Origin: Clostridia bacterium
GTDB lineage: Bacteria; Bacillota; Clostridia; Oscillospirales; CAG-382
Assembly (NCBI GenBank): GCA_017434845.1
Contig: JAFSGD010000020.1
Location: 14,960 to 78,959 of the forward strand
Direction: 5' to 3'
Length of the DNA: 64,000 bases
Shown: in pieces, positions 59,135 through 64,000 of the stretch
Layout of the letters: every line of letters begins with the position of its first letter
Position numbering within the stretch: the first letter of the stretch is position 1
Translations under genes and position numbers: made by a program
The notes under the pieces: generated by a model
What the model was told of the DNA's origin: nothing
Database searches by the model: none
The model's input: the letters and a program-made list of their open reading frames with translations, nothing else

Positions 59135-60181
59135 ATGAACGAAAAAATCATTTCTCTCCGTATGGAGCGTCAATGCTTTGTTTATAAAGCTGATGAAAGC
59201 AAATACATAAACCTTTATCGAGATATGCAACCGGGACAGAATGTATATTGGAACGGTTTTGGCGAACCGCCTACACTTTCTTTCAGAACCGATTTTAATG
59301 ATATTGAGTTCAACCGAGAAAGACAGTTAAAGCGAGAGCTTATCAAAGGGCGTTTTTCGGGCGGTAACCTTGGTTGGATCGTTCCCGAGGATATGGAGCT
59401 GTTTATCGGTCTTTATCGAAAACCGCTTACAAAACCTACCGCAGACCAATTAACAATTCTTGAACTTATAGAAACGTCGGGTCCGTACACCATTCAGCAG
59501 ATAAAAGAAGAAACAGGATTGCTTGTAAAGCAGATAACACCTATTCTTCACCGTTTGCAAGAAGCGTTTTTGATCTACGAGGACCAGTACGACGGTGAAT
59601 GGGACAGAGGCTGGTATCGTTTTGGTGAGATGTTCCCCAATGTTAATCAAAACAGATACACAAGACACGAAGCTCTAAAAATCGTATTACAGAGATTTGC
59701 ATACCGACTTGTTTGGTTCGATACCGCAATGGCAAAATCATTCTATAAACTGCCCGAAAAGGAAATAAAGCTTGCGGTGAGTGATTTAGTAGCAGAAGGT
59801 ATTTTGGTAGCATCCGACAGCGGATTCATGCTCAAAACGGATGCCGAATTGCTCGAAACTTATGAACCCAAGGAAATGCATTTTGTTTATGCACTTCACA
59901 GAAATGATTTTCTTTATAAATCCCACGAACACATTTTGAAAGACTACTCAAAACGCCTTACCGATAGTCTTGAATATGATCACGAGCCGTTGCAGTATCT
60001 CCTTATAGACGGAGAATTCCACGGCGCATCCGTAGGACACTTCCGCAACGGTCCGTATGACCTCAATGACATTGTTTGCGACCTGCCCAATGCCGAAGAA
60101 CGAAAAGCAGATATTATCGACGCCATTGAATCCGTAAACTACGGAAAAATGCCCGAGAGATTTATGGGAGCATTGTTATGA
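59135..60181 (+). CDS. winged-helix DNA-binding protein, AlkZ/YcaQ-like (HTH_42/DUF1006) - tentative
   Basis: 348 aa. The N-terminus ..LRMERQ.. and the central wHTH-like ..TILELIETSGPYTIQQIKEETGL....ILHRLQEAFLIYE.. resemble the YcaQ/AlkZ family as I recall it. I did not see the catalytic Q-x-Q/D motif. Confidence 0.5.
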   Translation: MNEKIISLRMERQCFVYKADESKYINLYRDMQPGQNVYWNGFGEPPTLSFRTDFNDIEFNRERQLKRELIKGRFSGGNLGWIVPEDMELFIGLYRKPLTKPTADQLTILELIETSGPYTIQQIKEETGLLVKQITPILHRLQEAFLIYEDQYDGEWDRGWYRFGEMFPNVNQNRYTRHEALKIVLQRFAYRLVWFDTAMAKSFYKLPEKEIKLAVSDLVAEGILVASDSGFMLKTDAELLETYEPKEMHFVYALHRNDFLYKSHEHILKDYSKRLTDSLEYDHEPLQYLLIDGEFHGASVGHFRNGPYDLNDIVCDLPNAEERKADIIDAIESVNYGKMPERFMGALL

Positions 60182-61092
60182 TGAGTATGTTTGAAAAAAC
60201 AAGAAGTTTTGTTTATCGCTACGCTCGTCCTCTTGATCTTGCAAGGTGGCAATTTCATTTTGAAAACGGTTCTGCTCAAACGGTTATACAGATTCTCGCT
60301 GCATATCAAAACGAAGACGGCGGATTTGGTTATGCTTTGGAGCCGGATTGTTGGAACCCCAATTCAACACCGATTGCGACATGGTTTGCAACCGAAGTGT
60401 TAAGAGAAATCGGTTGGAAAGATGCAACGCATCCGATTGTTGAAGGAATTTTGCGCTATTTGGAAAGCGGAGCGGATTTTGACGAGGATCACCGTCAATG
60501 GCTGAATGTTGTTCCGACCAACAACGATTATCCGCATGCAACATGGTGGACATATGGCGACGGTGGTAGCGAGTTCAAATATAACCCGACAGCAAGTCTT
60601 GCAGGGTTTATTATACGGTATGCCGATCCCAAAACGGAATTGTATCAAAAGGGCGTATCGATTGCAAAAGAAGCGTTTGTCTTTTTGGAAGCAAGTATTC
60701 CTTTTGATGAACAGCACGTTACAACCTGTTTTTGCAATTTATATGATGATTGTATGGTAGCCAAAGCCTCAATTTTTGATATGTACAAGTTTTCCGAGCT
60801 TTTACGAAAGCAAGTTAAGCATTGTATCAATCCCAATTATGATTTATGGTTTGCCGAGTATCATACGAAACCGTCCGACTTTATTCTCTCAAAGGACAGC
60901 ATGTTCTATGAGGACAACAAAGAACTTTTATTGAAAGAACGTGAACTGTTGCGACAGTATCAATCCGAAGACGGAGGTTTTCCTGTCACTTGGCAATGGT
61001 GGACGGATTATCCCGAGCAACATATTGCAACTGCTTGGTGGCGTGCTTATTTTGCCATACGAAATATGTTGTTTTTAAGAAATACGATTTAG
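60178..61092 (+). CDS. hypothetical protein with prenyltransferase/terpene-cyclase-like (alpha/alpha toroid) repeats
   Basis: 304 aa with two YQ.EDGGF motifs (residues 43-50 and 261-268). Its start overlaps the upstream stop as ATGA. Confidence 0.45.
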   Translation: MMSMFEKTRSFVYRYARPLDLARWQFHFENGSAQTVIQILAAYQNEDGGFGYALEPDCWNPNSTPIATWFATEVLREIGWKDATHPIVEGILRYLESGADFDEDHRQWLNVVPTNNDYPHATWWTYGDGGSEFKYNPTASLAGFIIRYADPKTELYQKGVSIAKEAFVFLEASIPFDEQHVTTCFCNLYDDCMVAKASIFDMYKFSELLRKQVKHCINPNYDLWFAEYHTKPSDFILSKDSMFYEDNKELLLKERELLRQYQSEDGGFPVTWQWWTDYPEQHIATAWWRAYFAIRNMLFLRNTI

Positions 61093-61133
61093 TTCTTTTC
61101 TGTTATAAAATAGTTTCTTCAGATTCTGCATAT

Positions 61134-61170
61134 AAACAAACAGCCGAGGTGATTCCTCGGCTGTTTGTTT
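61134..61170. terminator. bidirectional terminator (repeat copy 1)
   Basis: Perfect 16-bp stem AAACAAACAGCCGAGG / CCTCGGCTGTTTGTTT with loop TGATT. Confidence 0.8.
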
Positions 61171-61843
61171 ACAATATGGATATTTTATAATCAATTGTCA
61201 TTGATTTGTCAGTTCCAATGTAATCAATAGACTTATCATCATAACACTCGAAACACCAATGATCTTCAAAACGTATCATTCCGTTTTTGTCAAGTTCATC
61301 GAGACAAAGGTTATGTGTTTCAAAGGAAGTGATTTTATGTGCTGTTCCTTTCAATTGGAAATTTGCCAAGTTAATCTTGTCGATATCTATATACTCAAAT
61401 CCTTCAGGAACATCAGCATCCGGCAGGAAGAGCATTCCAATCCAATATTCTAAACGTCCGCTGACAATGCGTTTTGCACCTATATATGAATTCGCATATC
61501 GGATATTCAAGTTTTCTAATATAGAAAACCAATGATTATCTTTCCACAATTTCCATTTGATATAAATGCTTTCGTTGCCATTGTATCTTTTACCAATAAA
61601 GCGAAGTGCAGGTTGTGTTTCTTTACTTACGGCTTGTATTTGAACAGTACATTCACCATCAAGCAATTCTTCTACGGTCACGGACAACACAGTTGCGATA
61701 TTGCGAAGCATATTCAAGTCCGGCTCACACTTATTGTTCTCCTATTTTGAGATTGCTTGCCTTGTAACATTCAATTTATTTGCGAGTTCTTCTTGAGTTA
61801 GATTCATTTTTGTTCTAAAGTATTTTATATTTTCGCCTATCAT
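61169..61843 (-). pseudogene. XRE-family HTH regulator with a GyrI-like effector-binding domain, interrupted by an in-frame TAG (61742-61744)
   Basis: ATG 61843 has AGAGGTG upstream. The translation reads MIGENIKYFRTKMNLTQEELANKLNVTRQAISK*ENNKCEPDLNMLRNIATVL... The stop sits where this HTH family has the conserved Trp (ISKWE). The same frame continues into ORF 61169-61717. Confidence 0.8.
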
Positions 61844-61922
61844 ATTGCAACACCTCTTTTTGCTAAATTCAGTTTATCAAAAGTAATACGAATAATCAAG
61901 CAACATTTCGTTGCTATAAGGT

Positions 61923-61955
61923 AACAGCCGAGGAAATTCCTCGGCTGTTTGTTTT
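61923..61955. repeat. partial duplicate of the 61134-61170 terminator hairpin (repeat copy 2)
   Basis: AACAGCCGAGGAAATTCCTCGGCTGTTTGTTT (61923-61954) matches 61139-61170 at 30 of 32 positions, differing only in the loop. Confidence 0.85.
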
Positions 61956-61995
61956 CTTCGAAAAAGCATTGAGAAACTACAAAGCTCTTTCAATA

Positions 61996-64000
61996 TTACT
62001 TTTTTATCTTCAATTCAAGAATAGTAACACCGAGGTCGCCCTCGCCGTAACGGCCTGAACGGAAGGTTCTTATTCTTGCTTTATCCTGACGGAAATACTG
62101 CCAAAGTGCAGAACGAAGCGCGCCCGTTCCCTTTCCGTGGATGACCGAAACGTATTCATGACCTGCAAGTATTGCATCTTCAAGATAACGGTCGATCATA
62201 AACCAAGCATCGTCGCCGGTGTTGCCGCGAACGTCGATCTCGTTTTTAACCGCAGAAACGCTGTGGGTGTATTGCGCTTTACCCTTTTGCTTACTCTTGT
62301 TCTCAACCTCGGGCCCGCCGATAAGACGAATGTTCTTTATATTCGTTTTCGTTTCGAATCTGCCCGAAACCGTGAACACCGTATCTCCCGAAATACTCTT
62401 CACAACAGCTTCTCTGCCTATATCGGCAAGCATCACTCTATCGCCAACTGCAAGTGCGCGCGGAAGAACGTAATCCTCATCCTCAATATCGCTTTCCTCG
62501 AGATCGGCTATCGAGGCCGAAGCATCCTTCAGCTGTTGCTTTATAGCACGACGCGCTTCGTCGATGCGTGCGGCTTCAAGCCGTTTTGCATCTGCACGCT
62601 TCAACTCGTTAAGCTCGTTGAAAACGCTGTTACTTGACGCTTTTGCAGCCTCGAGAATACGTTGCGCCTGCGCTCTTGCGCGGTCGAGCTCGGCTTCCGC
62701 ACGGTCGTTCAGTTCCTTTGCCTCGCGGCGTGCTTCTTCGCGAATTTTCAAAGCCTCGGCGCGAGCCTTTTCTGTCTCGCTTCTTTCTTTTCTGAGATCC
62801 TGCTCGGTCTCTTCAAGACGCACGATAACGTCTTCAAAACGGATATTATCTTCGGCGAGCAGTTCCTTTGCTCGCTCTACGATCGATTCATCCATTCCTA
62901 ACCTAAGGCTTATCTCGAACGCGTTGCTTCTGCCCGGAATGCCGGTTATAAGCCTATATGTCGGTTTTAAAGTCGCGAGATCAAACTCGCACGAGGCGTT
63001 GAGCACGCCCTCGGTATCGAGCGCATAAAGTTTTATCTCGGAATAGTGAGTCGTCGCCGCAACTATCGCGCCCGATGCGCGAACCCTTTCAAGTATTGCT
63101 ATTGCGAGCGATGCGCCTTCCGTAGGGTCGGTTCCCGCGCCGAGCTCATCAAACAGAACGAGCGAGCCGGTTTTACATTCTTTAAGAATCGAAACCACAT
63201 TAACCATGTGCGACGAGAAGGTTGAAAGCGATTGCTCGATGCTTTGTTCATCGCCTATATCGGCAAGAACGCCATCGAAAACGGGAAGCGAGCTTCCGTC
63301 ATCACAAGGGATATATAAGCCCGTTTGCGCCATCATCGAGAGGAGTCCGAGCGTTTTTAAGGTTACGGTCTTACCGCCCGTGTTGGGACCGGTTATGATC
63401 AAAGCGTTTTCGCTATCACCGAATTCAACGCTTATCGGAACCACCTTATCACGCGGGATAAGCGGATGACGCGCGCGAACCAGCTTTATTGCTTTAGCGT
63501 TTGTTATGGGTCGAATTCCCATTATATCGGATGAATAACGGGCGCGTGCAAAAATGCAATCAAGATCGGTCATGGCTTTGTAATCGATGCGAATAACGTT
63601 TGCCAGCGAAGCAACCTTTCCCGAAAGCTCAAAAAGTATTCGTTCGATTTCCTCGGTTTCTCTACCTTTAAGATCACGCAATTTATTATTTGCTTCAAGA
63701 ACCGCCATCGGCTCGATAAACAAGGTCTGACCCGATGCCGAGGAATCGTGCACCAAGCCTTTGATATCGTTTTTATGCTCAGCGCGAACGGGAATAACGT
63801 ATCTGCCGGAGCGCATTGTAACGATAGCATCGCGCAGGTATTTTGAATTCTCGCCCATTGTTAGCTTAGCAAGAATCTCGCGCACGCTCTCTTCGGCGCG
63901 GCGTATTTCGCGGCGTATGCGGTAAAGTTCGCTTGAAGCATCATCGGCAATCATATCTTCACCGATTATTTTCATAGAGATCTCGTCTGCCAGACCGCGC
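61996..64000 (-). CDS. mutS2: endonuclease MutS2 (partial; N-terminus lies beyond the right edge)
   Basis: Walker A GPNTGGKT, a long coiled-coil region and a C-terminal Smr domain (..IHGKGTGALR..). The frame is open to base 64000. Confidence 0.93.
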   Translation of the reverse strand, partial: RGLADEISMKIIGEDMIADDASSELYRIRREIRRAEESVREILAKLTMGENSKYLRDAIVTMRSGRYVIPVRAEHKNDIKGLVHDSSASGQTLFIEPMAVLEANNKLRDLKGRETEEIERILFELSGKVASLANVIRIDYKAMTDLDCIFARARYSSDIMGIRPITNAKAIKLVRARHPLIPRDKVVPISVEFGDSENALIITGPNTGGKTVTLKTLGLLSMMAQTGLYIPCDDGSSLPVFDGVLADIGDEQSIEQSLSTFSSHMVNVVSILKECKTGSLVLFDELGAGTDPTEGASLAIAILERVRASGAIVAATTHYSEIKLYALDTEGVLNASCEFDLATLKPTYRLITGIPGRSNAFEISLRLGMDESIVERAKELLAEDNIRFEDVIVRLEETEQDLRKERSETEKARAEALKIREEARREAKELNDRAEAELDRARAQAQRILEAAKASSNSVFNELNELKRADAKRLEAARIDEARRAIKQQLKDASASIADLEESDIEDEDYVLPRALAVGDRVMLADIGREAVVKSISGDTVFTVSGRFETKTNIKNIRLIGGPEVENKSKQKGKAQYTHSVSAVKNEIDVRGNTGDDAWFMIDRYLEDAILAGHEYVSVIHGKGTGALRSALWQYFRQDKARIRTFRSGRYGEGDLGVTILELKIKK

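Overview
This is a chromosomal segment of a Firmicute of class Clostridia. It is probably a Ruminococcus-like, dockerin-encoding organism. That placement is an inference from two dockerin-bearing secreted proteins, the hisZGDCBHAF-IE and tig-clpP-clpX gene orders, and a CIRCE element upstream of groES-groEL. I support about 60 protein genes and one tRNA; I saw no rRNA, CRISPR array, IS element or reverse transcriptase.

Most of the window is ordinary housekeeping:
- a complete histidine operon (3.3-10.7 kb)
- tig-clpP-clpX
- a sugar/glycerate utilisation cluster
- murQ
- parA-parB-serS
- lnt
- groES-groEL
- thyA-folA
- a partial mutS2 at the right edge

The accessory or odd spots are:
1. The left 2.2 kb is the end of an integrase-bearing element sitting against tRNA-Pro(GGG).
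2. Two otherwise intact genes, trigger factor and an XRE/GyrI-like regulator, each carry one in-frame TAG. Each TAG is one base away from the expected sense codon.
3. A WYL-regulator / VOC / AlkZ-like / alpha-toroid-repeat module lies at 57.8-61.1 kb. A 17-mer is repeated across two of its gene junctions.
4. The XRE regulator gene is bracketed by a duplicated 32-nt terminator hairpin.
5. Two paralogous DUF4855-like dockerin proteins flank a split chrA pair.
6. A sigma-70/ECF-type factor is fused to a roughly 370-aa C-terminal extension.
7. An unannotated 35-codon sORF overlaps a structured element downstream of an FAD-protein gene.

I did not find a convincing, complete novel multi-gene system. 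The WYL module is the best candidate, and it is only moderately interesting. All function calls come from reading motifs in the translated ORFs by eye; no database search was run.
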